36,280 nucleotides of DNA from a virus (Duplodnaviria; Caudoviricetes). Shown piece after piece: positions 26,619 to 35,148 of this stretch. The stretch's first letter is position 1. Each line of letters begins with the position of its first letter. The position numbers and the translations under genes are program-made. The stretch spans positions 1 through 36,280 of IMG/VR virus record IMGVR_UViG_3300030372_001513; one strand, given 5' to 3'. The notes under the pieces are model-generated. The model was not told the origin of the DNA and made no database searches. It saw only the letters and a program-made list of their open reading frames with translations.

Positions 26619-29006
26619 TATATATGGTGCAGTCAAAACATCTGTAATGTTATACCCTCCCATATCTAATACAGGTGGTAACTTACTGGTATCACTTAAT
26701 TGCTTTGCTGTTTGATGGTACAAAATATCTAAATTATTGTCACTATATATATCAAAGAATGTTTGCTTTACACATTGAATAAATGTTTCTAGTTCACCTG
26801 CTGGACTTCCATAGCAGTCATGTATAACACAGAATTGTTTAAGTTCTTTTTGACTAGCCTTTACTAAACTTAACTGACAATGTGCAGCATCTAAACTATG
26901 TATATAGTTACTAGGAAATCCTTGTGACTGTCTGCGTTTATCTATCTTTATCTGGTTTGGTTCATGTATATTTAATCTTATAGTTATATTACTTAGCTTT
27001 GTCTTTATTCTCTTTACATCATTTACATAATAGTTTTGTTGAACATAGAAACCGGATGGTGAATGCCAAGCAATAGGTTTATTCTCTTCATTAAAAGATG
27101 CAGCAGTAGTCCTTAAATAATTTAATAAGTTATAGCTCTCAGGTGTTATATATTTTACTGCTTGTTCGATAAGACTTGCTAAGTAAAAATTATTTTTATA
27201 GTTCCTAGCCATAGATATATTTTCATTTACAAAATACTTTTCTATATAGTTAGCTATACCGAATGTTGTTGAGTTGTATGGAATCATAAGCACAGGTTTC
27301 TTTATAAACTTTCTAGTCAATTTATCTTTATATTTATACCATTCTTTAGCCTGTTCATTATCTTCATTCTTTAGCAGTAACAATAAAATATCAAGCACTT
27401 GTTTATATAAATCTTGTGGTTGATTCATATTTTGTAGGTTTACTTTATTAGCTAAACTCTGGTCAAATGTAAGACCTGCTATATGTTGATAACCATTATT
27501 AGTTCCATCAAGGCAGCAGCAATGACGAGAGATATACCCTTCTCCTACCATTTGATATTCATGCCATTCTTTACACCAGCCAAGAAATTGAAATGGTTCT
27601 TTTGCCTGACCCCACAAAGCTGTATGTGCCTTTGGATCTTTATACACTTGCTCTGCTATATCAATTCCTGCTGTATATGCCCACTCTAATCTTTCCTCAT
27701 AGGTATGTTTATTAAGACCCCAATGATTTGCACCTGCAATAGCTAACCAGTTTGCATCTTGTTTGTTTTTTATTTCCGCACCCTTATGAAAGATATGTAA
27801 GGCTCTAGCAATATCATTACCTTGTGGATGAAAGTGTGCTGTTACAGGGTACATCCGACCAGTAAAGTCAAACTGATAAACGTGATAAAATTTTTCGCCA
27901 TCATATCTTTTTGCTGTATCAATCAAGGTAAGTATTTGGTATCTTTTAACTCTATTGTGTGCGTTCATATCATGTATTAAAGAAGCTAAATATCTCCACT
28001 CCTTACGACTTTCTTTATTTGTATCTATGTCTAAAGGTTTTGTTGGTAGCTCTGCCAGTTCTCTATCAATACATGACCCTACTTCTATACGTTCTTCCCA
28101 ACAATACACTAGAGTTTCAAGAACAAATTTATTTACAGTCCAAGCTGTTTGTTGAGCAAGAGACAACGCTCTTAGACTTGTTGTTAAGTCTTGGCCTTGT
28201 GCTGACTTTAAATAAGCTTTGTCGTTAGTCTTAATAGCTTTTGTTTTTAATCTGTAAGTGTAGTAACCACCTTCATATATAGAAGTCCAAGGTCTAGGTT
28301 CATCTAAGCAAGGTAGGTAGATAGGATAAGCTGCTATCCTATTAGCTCTACCTTTCCTTATGTAATTCATATACACCTCAGTAAAGATAATATAAGAGGT
28401 AGTTTTATTTTTATTTCTACGATTGATAAGCTTAATCATTTTAAGCTTGAGCATTACTATCTCAATAAGCTTTAGCCCAACCTTAAGTTTATTAACACGA
28501 CCCCACTCTTCATAGGTATGACCCTTCTTATTCATGTGATATACCATTAATCTTTTTTTATATCCTTCGTGGTTGGTGTCTCTGGTATGGTTCTTAATAT
28601 TTTCATAGTGCTTTTTATCTTGCTCTTCAAAAGATGAAAACCTTAATTCATCTTCAAGCATTTGCCCTATTTTAAAAGCTGTTTGTGTTGTAGTTTTTGT
28701 TTGCGAAACATTATCTATTATCACCTTAAAGGCAATAAAAGAAACTACATCAAGGTCACTAAACTTTTTAAGAAAGATAGCAGAGACAGCTTTGGCTCCG
28801 ACCTTACCACTAAAGGCTTCTTGTATATGTTTATCTATTTCTTTTGTAAGCTTATCTAGCCCTGCTTCAATAAGATTCCTAGCGTAGTAATTACAACTTT
28901 CCCTGCCCTTCTCTATGTTTCTATTTTGTTTGCTGAGTTTGTTGTATGCAGCAATAGAACAGATACTTTTCTCTAGTTGTAACTGTCTTTCACTAGGCTC
29001 AGTCAT
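26610..29006 (-). CDS. Single-subunit T7-type RNA polymerase
   Basis: DFTGRMY, motif A LDGTNNGYQH, motif B RKFIKKPVLMIPY, NYIHSLDA, motif C IHDCYG. Confidence 0.96.
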   Translation of the reverse strand: MTEPSERQLQLEKSICSIAAYNKLSKQNRNIEKGRESCNYYARNLIEAGLDKLTKEIDKHIQEAFSGKVGAKAVSAIFLKKFSDLDVVSFIAFKVIIDNVSQTKTTTQTAFKIGQMLEDELRFSSFEEQDKKHYENIKNHTRDTNHEGYKKRLMVYHMNKKGHTYEEWGRVNKLKVGLKLIEIVMLKLKMIKLINRRNKNKTTSYIIFTEVYMNYIRKGRANRIAAYPIYLPCLDEPRPWTSIYEGGYYTYRLKTKAIKTNDKAYLKSAQGQDLTTSLRALSLAQQTAWTVNKFVLETLVYCWEERIEVGSCIDRELAELPTKPLDIDTNKESRKEWRYLASLIHDMNAHNRVKRYQILTLIDTAKRYDGEKFYHVYQFDFTGRMYPVTAHFHPQGNDIARALHIFHKGAEIKNKQDANWLAIAGANHWGLNKHTYEERLEWAYTAGIDIAEQVYKDPKAHTALWGQAKEPFQFLGWCKEWHEYQMVGEGYISRHCCCLDGTNNGYQHIAGLTFDQSLANKVNLQNMNQPQDLYKQVLDILLLLLKNEDNEQAKEWYKYKDKLTRKFIKKPVLMIPYNSTTFGIANYIEKYFVNENISMARNYKNNFYLASLIEQAVKYITPESYNLLNYLRTTAASFNEENKPIAWHSPSGFYVQQNYYVNDVKRIKTKLSNITIRLNIHEPNQIKIDKRRQSQGFPSNYIHSLDAAHCQLSLVKASQKELKQFCVIHDCYGSPAGELETFIQCVKQTFFDIYSDNNLDILYHQTAKQLSDTSKLPPVLDMGGYNITDVLTAPYIFT

Positions 29007-29841
29007 TTAAAACATTAACTACAGAGTGCAAAGCTTTGGGTTGTAAGTGTGCATAGATCATGGTGTTCTCTATGTCTTCATGCCCTAGCCAATCCTTAAC
29101 CAGTAGTATCGGTACACCTCTCTGTACTAGCCTAGACGCACAAGTATGTCGGCATAGGTGGATAGTATAAAACTTCTTATCGGCATAACCTAAGTCCTTC
29201 CTAGCCTTCTGCCATATAGCATTTAGTTCGCTGTAGTTAAGACTAAATAATTTATCAAAGTCTTTTACTTCTCTGTAATATCTTCTGATTGATGATTGCA
29301 CTCTATTAGTCATAGGTATAGCTACAGCTTGATCGTTTTTTCTATCAATGAAATTAATTTGATTATTATCAAAGTCAATAAATCTTTTCTCAACATTAAG
29401 TAATTCATTTACTCTGCAACCTAAATCAATTAAACATTTAATAATTTCTGCTGCTTGGTTAAAGTGTTTGTCGTAAAGATAATCTAATAAATCTTTCTCC
29501 ATATCCTCAGTTAAGTAATGCACCTTACTGTTCTTTGTTGGTCTAGGTTTTGGCATCTTTATCATTTCTATAAATCCGTCCTCCTCCATTTCAGATAAGA
29601 CGACCCTAAGATAACCCATTTTCTGATTAATAACTGCATTACTATTCTTTAATTTTTCTTTGTGATAATCCATCATTTTATTTACTAAGGGTCTTGTAAT
29701 TTTATTTACTGGTAAATCCCCTAGTGCTTTGATGTTGTGCTTCATCCCTATCAAAAAATTAGTAGCAGATTTAGTTCCGTTCTTTCTTCTTCTATATACA
29801 ACCCTGGTTGCTTCAGAAAGTGTAGGCATTTTAGTGTTCAT
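28999..29841 (-). CDS. int: Tyrosine integrase
   Basis: Catalytic R (GCRVNEL), K, HxxR (HLCRH), LGH, Y (TMIYAH). Confidence 0.93.
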   Translation of the reverse strand: MNTKMPTLSEATRVVYRRRKNGTKSATNFLIGMKHNIKALGDLPVNKITRPLVNKMMDYHKEKLKNSNAVINQKMGYLRVVLSEMEEDGFIEMIKMPKPRPTKNSKVHYLTEDMEKDLLDYLYDKHFNQAAEIIKCLIDLGCRVNELLNVEKRFIDFDNNQINFIDRKNDQAVAIPMTNRVQSSIRRYYREVKDFDKLFSLNYSELNAIWQKARKDLGYADKKFYTIHLCRHTCASRLVQRGVPILLVKDWLGHEDIENTMIYAHLQPKALHSVVNVLND

Positions 29842-29865
29842 GGTGGTTCCTCAAAGGTAAGTTTA

Positions 29866-30126
29866 TTAGTCAGGCATAAACTCATCTATCATTTTTAGAT
29901 AGCTTTGTTTATTAAAATCCTCTAGGTTGTTTATTGTGTATTCCCTTGTGGAGAATCTATGGCCACAAGCTAGGCACTTCCTCCGCCTCCAAATGTAAGG
30001 AATAAAATTTTCTTTTTGTTCTTTATAAGTGGGTACTGGCTTGCCTATTTTGTGGCCACGTTGGGAAAGCGTTGCCCGACTGTCAAATACTTGACTGTCT
30101 AGGCTCTCACATTTAGGACACTTCAT
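29866..30126 (-). CDS. NrdR-type Zn-ribbon protein lacking the ATP cone (likely start 30126)
   Basis: MKCPKC...QVFDSR...RRRKCLACGHRFSTRE. Confidence 0.85.
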   Translation of the reverse strand: MKCPKCESLDSQVFDSRATLSQRGHKIGKPVPTYKEQKENFIPYIWRRRKCLACGHRFSTREYTINNLEDFNKQSYLKMIDEFMPD

Positions 30127-30260
30127 TTTTTTTCTTCCTCCCAAAATTTAATAAGTGTTTTTAATTCAGAGATCCGCTCCTTAGCTTTCTTAGTCTTCTC
30201 AATTTTTCTTATGTTGATTTGTTTTAACATGGCTTGAGTTTTCTTTTCCAGTTCTTCCAT
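30123..30260 (-). CDS. Small basic helical protein (likely start 30260)
   Basis: GGAGG SD before MEELEKK; ATGA coupling to the next gene. Confidence 0.65.
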   Translation of the reverse strand: MEELEKKTQAMLKQINIRKIEKTKKAKERISELKTLIKFWEEEKK

Positions 30261-30364
30261 AAAGTTAATAGTTAAACCTCCAAAATAATAGACACTATCT
30301 TCCTTTTCAATAAAGAGATACATTCTTCCGGGTCTTTATTGTGTAAGAAATTAATGTCAATAGA

Positions 30365-30418
30365 AGAGCCTGTAATCCTACAGGCTCTATGGTAAATACT
30401 CTCTAGTTCCCAGAGAGT
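30365..30418. other. Two intergenic hairpins
   Basis: AGAGCCTGTA-ATCC-TACAGGCTCT and ACTCTCT-7 nt-AGAGAGT. Confidence 0.7.
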
Positions 30419-30438
30419 TTGATAGGTTTTTCTTTTCA

Positions 30439-30744
30439 TTAGTTAGGGTAGAAATTATAAGAACAGGTTGCTTTTAAACCCGTAGCTTTTTCAAAGTCCA
30501 TAAGACATTGTTTTGTCTCTCCTCCTATATGCCACCAATGTTCTTCCATTGGTGTTTCTTCTAGCTTCCAATCATAGACATAGAAAGAATCTTCAAAGGG
30601 TCTATTAAATTCTGTTGATGTCTTTCCGTCCCCATCATTCTCAGTAGGATTGCTATAAGTCCCTTCTCTTTTATAAGTGGGTTCTCCTAACTTCTCTACT
30701 AATTGTGAGTAAGTTGTCTTTACATAACCTTGTAGGCATGGCAT
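30439..30744 (-). CDS. Early hypothetical protein
   Basis: 101 aa, AAGGAG SD, LQG...TY..LV..LGEP...YDWK...WHIGG. Confidence 0.8.
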   Translation of the reverse strand: MPCLQGYVKTTYSQLVEKLGEPTYKREGTYSNPTENDGDGKTSTEFNRPFEDSFYVYDWKLEETPMEEHWWHIGGETKQCLMDFEKATGLKATCSYNFYPN

Positions 30745-30789
30745 GGTGTTTGGCTCCTTTTGTAAGCTGGTTGTAAGTCATGGTAAACA

Positions 30790-30829
30790 TGACAATATCT
30801 AGTGTAATTTAAGACATTAAAAAAGTCAA
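30790..30829 (-). promoter_or_regulatory. Sigma70 promoter with overlapping NrdR-box-like site
   Basis: TTGACT (30829-30824)-17 nt-TACACT (30806-30801); ACACTAGATATTGTCA at 30805-30790. Confidence 0.65.
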
Positions 30830-30875
30830 CCCATAAAAATCATACGACTTTCTAAAGGTTGACTAGATAATTTAT

Positions 30876-31130
30876 TTAATCGTGAAAGCCTGTTATAAAT
30901 TCACCCTCTAAAGTACCCTCAAGCCTTCCCTCTAATAGGTCAAGCATCTCTTGATACTGTTCTTTAGTGTAGGCTTTCTTATCGTTAGGGATGAAGTCTC
31001 GCCAGTTGCTAGTACCCTTTAACCTATAACTAAGAATTAGATAATGATTATTAGGATTCTTGCAAATGCAATAATCAAACTTGCAGCCATCTAACTTAGA
31101 TGTGAATTTTTTAATCTTGTTTAGTTCCAT
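30876..31130 (-). CDS. Early hypothetical protein
   Basis: 84 aa, AGGA SD. Confidence 0.7.
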   Translation of the reverse strand: MELNKIKKFTSKLDGCKFDYCICKNPNNHYLILSYRLKGTSNWRDFIPNDKKAYTKEQYQEMLDLLEGRLEGTLEGEFITGFHD

Positions 31131-31215
31131 AGTGGTTCCTAATAAGGTTGATAGTAAGAGACTTGTTAAGAGTCCCTTTTAGAGGGTCCTAAAACCCTCT
31201 AAGAGAGATACTTAA

Positions 31216-32172
31216 TTACTGCTCACCTACTACAAGATCAGCAGCTTTAACAGCATTAGAGAATACTTTCATAAGATTTGACGCCTTGCCGTCAAGAGCC
31301 TTAATCCAAGAATCAAAATATGCTACGTGGTTCTGAGTATCGCAGCTAATTTGAAGCCTATTGGTTATGAGCATAGATGAAAATTCCGCCCTTAATTCTT
31401 CCAAGGCATAAGGCTTAGATCCAAAGGCATTACCAATAGGTAAATCTAACCTAGTCTTATGTGCGGTTGAGTGTGAAAACTCATGAGCCAAAGTTGCAAG
31501 ATAGGCTTCATCATTTTCAAATGATTCCCTTCTAGGCATGTTTACAAGGTCTTGAGAGCTTCGATAAAAAGCTCTATCACCCGCATGATGTAAACCACCC
31601 TTTAAGCCTTTTGAGTATGTCATAAGACGCTCTAAGGCTTGCTTACATCTATCCTCTAAAGGTCTGGCAGATTTAATACTTTGATTCTTAAATTCTGCTA
31701 ACTTTGCATCTAACTTCTCTTGGCTCTTTTGGTCTTTACCTTCAATATCAGAGACATTAAAGACAGTAGCCCCTTTAAAGCTAACCTTCATAATAAATTC
31801 CTGATTCCCTTCTTTATCAAGCTTAGGAGATCCGTCATCATTAGTAAGATCAATCTTGAAAGGATTTGGCCTCAAGATCCTTGCAGCTTTAGATCCCTTT
31901 TTAACTATCCAGCCTTGCTCTTTGGCTTGGCCATAACCTATCCACAATGGAAGGTCTTGACCTTTAGACCACATATAAAGTTCTAAGATAATTGGATTAG
32001 AACCTGTGTAATGATGACCAGTTAAAAAGTTTTGATGTATGCCCTGATTGTCAGGCTTCCAAGGCTTACGCCAAGGACTTACATCTGAAGTTCTATTTTC
32101 AAGAGCATTAATAACATCTTTTAGAATTTCTTCTTCTACTTTTACTCTCGGTTTCTTTGAAGTAAATGTCAT
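31216..32172 (-). CDS. ArdC-like anti-restriction / ssDNA-binding protein with zincin metalloprotease domain
   Basis: PWRKPW, TG..Y.G.N, VKKGSK, VFN..., AFY...D...MP, HEFSH (HExxH), YA.EEL.AE. Confidence 0.9.
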   Translation of the reverse strand: MTFTSKKPRVKVEEEILKDVINALENRTSDVSPWRKPWKPDNQGIHQNFLTGHHYTGSNPIILELYMWSKGQDLPLWIGYGQAKEQGWIVKKGSKAARILRPNPFKIDLTNDDGSPKLDKEGNQEFIMKVSFKGATVFNVSDIEGKDQKSQEKLDAKLAEFKNQSIKSARPLEDRCKQALERLMTYSKGLKGGLHHAGDRAFYRSSQDLVNMPRRESFENDEAYLATLAHEFSHSTAHKTRLDLPIGNAFGSKPYALEELRAEFSSMLITNRLQISCDTQNHVAYFDSWIKALDGKASNLMKVFSNAVKAADLVVGEQ

Positions 32173-32269
32173 GGTTCTTGGTTGATTGATTTGTACTGTT
32201 AGAGTCTTGTTAAGGACTCTTTAAAGCCTAAATAAAGGCTTTAAGGAATCGTTAGAGATTGTTTAATTA

Positions 32270-32467
32270 TTAGAAACTAATTCCTTGTGGTTGGTTCTGG
32301 ACTAACTCAAATGTAAAGCCTAGTGTTTTTAAATCTTGGATGTTCCATTGAGTTAAGGTCTTGTTGCCTGTCAAGCTTTGTAAAGCATCCCTTTGAATTG
32401 GGTCAATGACGTCCACAAAAGTATTGCCGTAAGCTTCCCTAGTTTTGACTTTGATTGATAAGTTCAT
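32270..32467 (-). CDS. First early hypothetical protein
   Basis: 65 aa, YG...L.G.KTLT...I..LK.LG..F. Confidence 0.75.
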   Translation of the reverse strand: MNLSIKVKTREAYGNTFVDVIDPIQRDALQSLTGNKTLTQWNIQDLKTLGFTFELVQNQPQGISF

Positions 32468-32515
32468 GGTTGATTAGTTGGTACTGTTTAGTTAGTTGGT
32501 TTACTAACTGTTTTT

Positions 32516-32545
32516 AATATACCAACATATGCTGGTATTTGTAAA
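32516..32545 (-). promoter_or_regulatory. Early sigma70 promoter with palindromic operator-like spacer
   Basis: TTTACA-18 nt-TATATT with TG extension; ATACCA-A-CATATG-C-TGGTAT at 32519-32538. Confidence 0.6.
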
Positions 32546-32879
32546 GCATTTGTTTACTGATTTCCTTCAACCCCTTGGTATCACTTAGTAAATTCATCTT
32601 AACACTTTGTTGTATTATACCCCCCTAGCGATTACTTAAAAAAGTAAGTATGAGCCTAGAAAAATTGACCAAATACCCTAAGAATAATATAAGATATATT
32701 ATGAAACACTAATTATACTAATGATTCTTAGTGAATATATTGTCTTTTTTGCACAAAATTTAGACCCAATGGGGATTTTTGGAATCGACATATACGTATA
32801 ACCCCTTCAAATTTTTGCTTCTAATTTTTTTGGGGTAGGAATCATGCAGCAGCAGGTCAAGGATCCTTCTCCCTAGTGG

Positions 32880-32912
32880 AATCCTAAGTGTAATCTTAGT
32901 GTAATCTTAGTG
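32880..32912. repeat. Short tandem repeats near the predicted genome end
   Basis: aatcctaagtg taatcttagtg taatcttagtg. Confidence 0.7.
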
Positions 32913-32926
32913 AGTAGAGGTTACTC

Positions 32927-32950
32927 TCTCTCCTATAGTGGTCCCTAATA
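32927..32950 (-). promoter_or_regulatory. T7-like phage RNAP promoter (phiOR position)
   Basis: TATTAGGGACCACTATAGGAGAGA versus T7 TAATACGACTCACTATAGGGAGA. Confidence 0.6.
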
Positions 32951-34666
32951 GAGATCGCTGATGAAACCTTGGTTTTGGGGGTTACTATTTTTGATTTGTT
33001 GGGGAGTCATACCCATAGCAGTCTGAGAGATGGTGTTATTGAGTAGGGAGGACCAGTTGTCGGTATGTATGGAAAGGAGTTCATCTTGTCTTCTAGCCAT
33101 GTTTAGGTCTTCGTTTTGAGCCATGTAATCAGTCCAATAGGCAACAGCACCAGCGAGGGAATCTACGAGGTCATCGTGGACAAGAGAACCTCTGTGGCGA
33201 GAGATGCGTGATAGTTGGTAAACGAGTTGAAGTTTTAATCTACGCTCTGGAGTTTCTTGTGGGTTAGAACGGAAGTCTTTTTCAATCACTTTGCGGTCAA
33301 TTATTAGTCGGTGAGAGTTCATTACAGGTTCGAGGGTATCAATTATGCGTAATTCTTTGGTCTTGTTGTTTCTGATGTCTTCAATTTGACAGGGGTGTAT
33401 GCGTGAGATGAATGGTTTAAGTAGTTCAGCAAACATACCACCACCAAAGTTTTGTTCAATGAGGATAGTATTAATATTATTTTCCTTAGCTAGTCTTGAT
33501 ATTTTAAGCAGAACGGGGTCTGTATAGCCCCCAGACAGTCCTAAACACTCTGTGACGTATAAATTACCATTAAGCATCTTAACGCAGCTTATAGCGGTCT
33601 GATCCTTGCCTTTTCCAGATGGATCTACGAACATAACTGAGCCTGTATATTCTATGAAGTCACCAAATTCTTGTGCAGGTCTATGAAATCTGTCACCATT
33701 GAAGCCAACGCAGGGTAAATCTTGTATTACATATTCGGGATTGTTAGACCAAATAACTTTTTCTGGTGCAAATTCTTTGTTTATGGAAGCAATTACTAGG
33801 TCATTTATTTTTAATGGGTATCTGTCTTGGTCAGAGAGGGTGGTGTCCAGTTGGAATTGAAGGTTAAACCCAGAACGTCCGTAGGAAGCTTCACGTTCCA
33901 TTAGGTCTTGTGCAGAGAACCTTATAGGATCTACAGGATCTTGTGGTTTTACAAGACCTTCTAAGAGTTCTTTCTGGATCTTGGGAGCAAGTCTATCTCC
34001 GTAGTTATTTTTTAGTTCTGGATAACGTGCAGTCCAGATTCTAGTTTCATATCCACGTTCTTCTAAGGTTAGATATACAGAATTTTCTACTTGCGGTGTA
34101 CCAAGGAAAGTAATCTTGCCATTTGGTTTTAGTATTGCTTCAAATTCTTTTACAGCTTCCGATAGTTTGTCTCTCATAGGTTGGGTAAAGGAATTATTGG
34201 GAACTTCTACGTCATCAGCAATCACTTCGTCTGCTCTAGCACCAGACATTTGTCCTAAGACCCCTCTAGACGAACAGGAGGGTGCATGATCGGCTTGTGC
34301 TGGTCTTACATCAAAACTTACCTTACTGTTCCTCTGATCGTCTCTGGGGATTAATGGAGCAAGTATAGGCATCTCATTGATAAGACGCATAGTGAAGGTA
34401 GTAAAATTATCTGCTCTGTCTTTACTGGCTGAGACAACTAAGAATTTAAGTTGTGGATTTATACGAAGTCTCCACACAACGTATGTAGAAGTAATCCAAC
34501 TCTTACCTACACCTCTGAATCCCTGTATGATCTTACGTCTAGCACCATATTGTAGATATTCAGCTATGTCTAACTGAACTGGTGTAGGGTCTGGTAGGTT
34601 TAGATGTCTCCAAGTGACGATTAAGAAATATCTAAAGTCTTGTAGTTTTTCTGGTAAAGGGTGCAA
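32945..34666 (-). CDS. terL: Terminase large subunit (gp19)
   Basis: FRGVGKSWIT, G.RAD.I.ADDVE, LGTPQ, VDPSG.GKD, HDD.VD.LA. Confidence 0.96.
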   Translation of the reverse strand: MHPLPEKLQDFRYFLIVTWRHLNLPDPTPVQLDIAEYLQYGARRKIIQGFRGVGKSWITSTYVVWRLRINPQLKFLVVSASKDRADNFTTFTMRLINEMPILAPLIPRDDQRNSKVSFDVRPAQADHAPSCSSRGVLGQMSGARADEVIADDVEVPNNSFTQPMRDKLSEAVKEFEAILKPNGKITFLGTPQVENSVYLTLEERGYETRIWTARYPELKNNYGDRLAPKIQKELLEGLVKPQDPVDPIRFSAQDLMEREASYGRSGFNLQFQLDTTLSDQDRYPLKINDLVIASINKEFAPEKVIWSNNPEYVIQDLPCVGFNGDRFHRPAQEFGDFIEYTGSVMFVDPSGKGKDQTAISCVKMLNGNLYVTECLGLSGGYTDPVLLKISRLAKENNINTILIEQNFGGGMFAELLKPFISRIHPCQIEDIRNNKTKELRIIDTLEPVMNSHRLIIDRKVIEKDFRSNPQETPERRLKLQLVYQLSRISRHRGSLVHDDLVDSLAGAVAYWTDYMAQNEDLNMARRQDELLSIHTDNWSSLLNNTISQTAMGMTPQQIKNSNPQNQGFISDLY

Positions 34667-34669
34667 TTA

Positions 34670-34888
34670 TCAATCAGCTAAAGGGATAGCATCTAGGTCT
34701 GGAAGATTTAGCATTAGTTCTTCCATAGGATTTTTTTCTACAGGAATACACTCAACACCATTATCTTTTAAAAACTGTCTAGCTACATTTAGATCCCCTG
34801 CTTTTGCATCACCACTTTTAACTTTGTCTAATAATTCTTGAGCTAAGACTAGGTGTAACTGTTCTAATAATTTAAAATTCTTATCCAT
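34670..34888 (-). CDS. terS: Terminase small subunit (gp18)
   Basis: L..LH..LA..LL..V.SG.A...DL.VARQFLKDNG. Confidence 0.88.
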   Translation of the reverse strand: MDKNFKLLEQLHLVLAQELLDKVKSGDAKAGDLNVARQFLKDNGVECIPVEKNPMEELMLNLPDLDAIPLAD

Positions 34889-34947
34889 GGTTAGCTATAT
34901 TTATGAATTAATATAATCACTTTTTAGGTCTTTTGCCAAACATAAGT

Positions 34948-35148
34948 ATGAATCTAAAGGTTAGCCATACCCAATGTCCTTGCTGTCACTTTTTTTCCTC
35001 TCAAGTGGTTGTTCACACACAGAGAGATCGTAAAGGTGTAATTTTACGCAGAAGGCATTGTAAAGATTGTAATCATAGATGGTATACAATTCAATATCCA
35101 GAAGTTGTATTTACAAAATCTAATCCTTATAAAGCAATTAAGGCTTAG
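34948..35148 (+). CDS. Second NrdR-type Zn-ribbon protein (antisense to late genes)
   Basis: CPCC...VVHT...ILRRRHCKDCNHRWYT. Confidence 0.75.
   Translation: MNLKVSHTQCPCCHFFSSQVVVHTQRDRKGVILRRRHCKDCNHRWYTIQYPEVVFTKSNPYKAIKA

Noticed and set aside
30332-30360. Sigma70 promoter from TTGACA at 30360-30355
   Set aside because: No convincing -10 at 16-18 nt spacing.
29842-30440. attP/tRNA-derived core near the integrase
   Set aside because: No tRNA 3' or T-arm-like sequence recognised; needs BLASTn against host genomes.
32481-32489. GTACTGTTT as a cyanobacterial LexA box
   Set aside because: It lacks the second half-site; better explained as a match to the sRNA 1 linker.
32880-32912. CRISPR array
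   Set aside because: 11-nt tandem units with no spacers.
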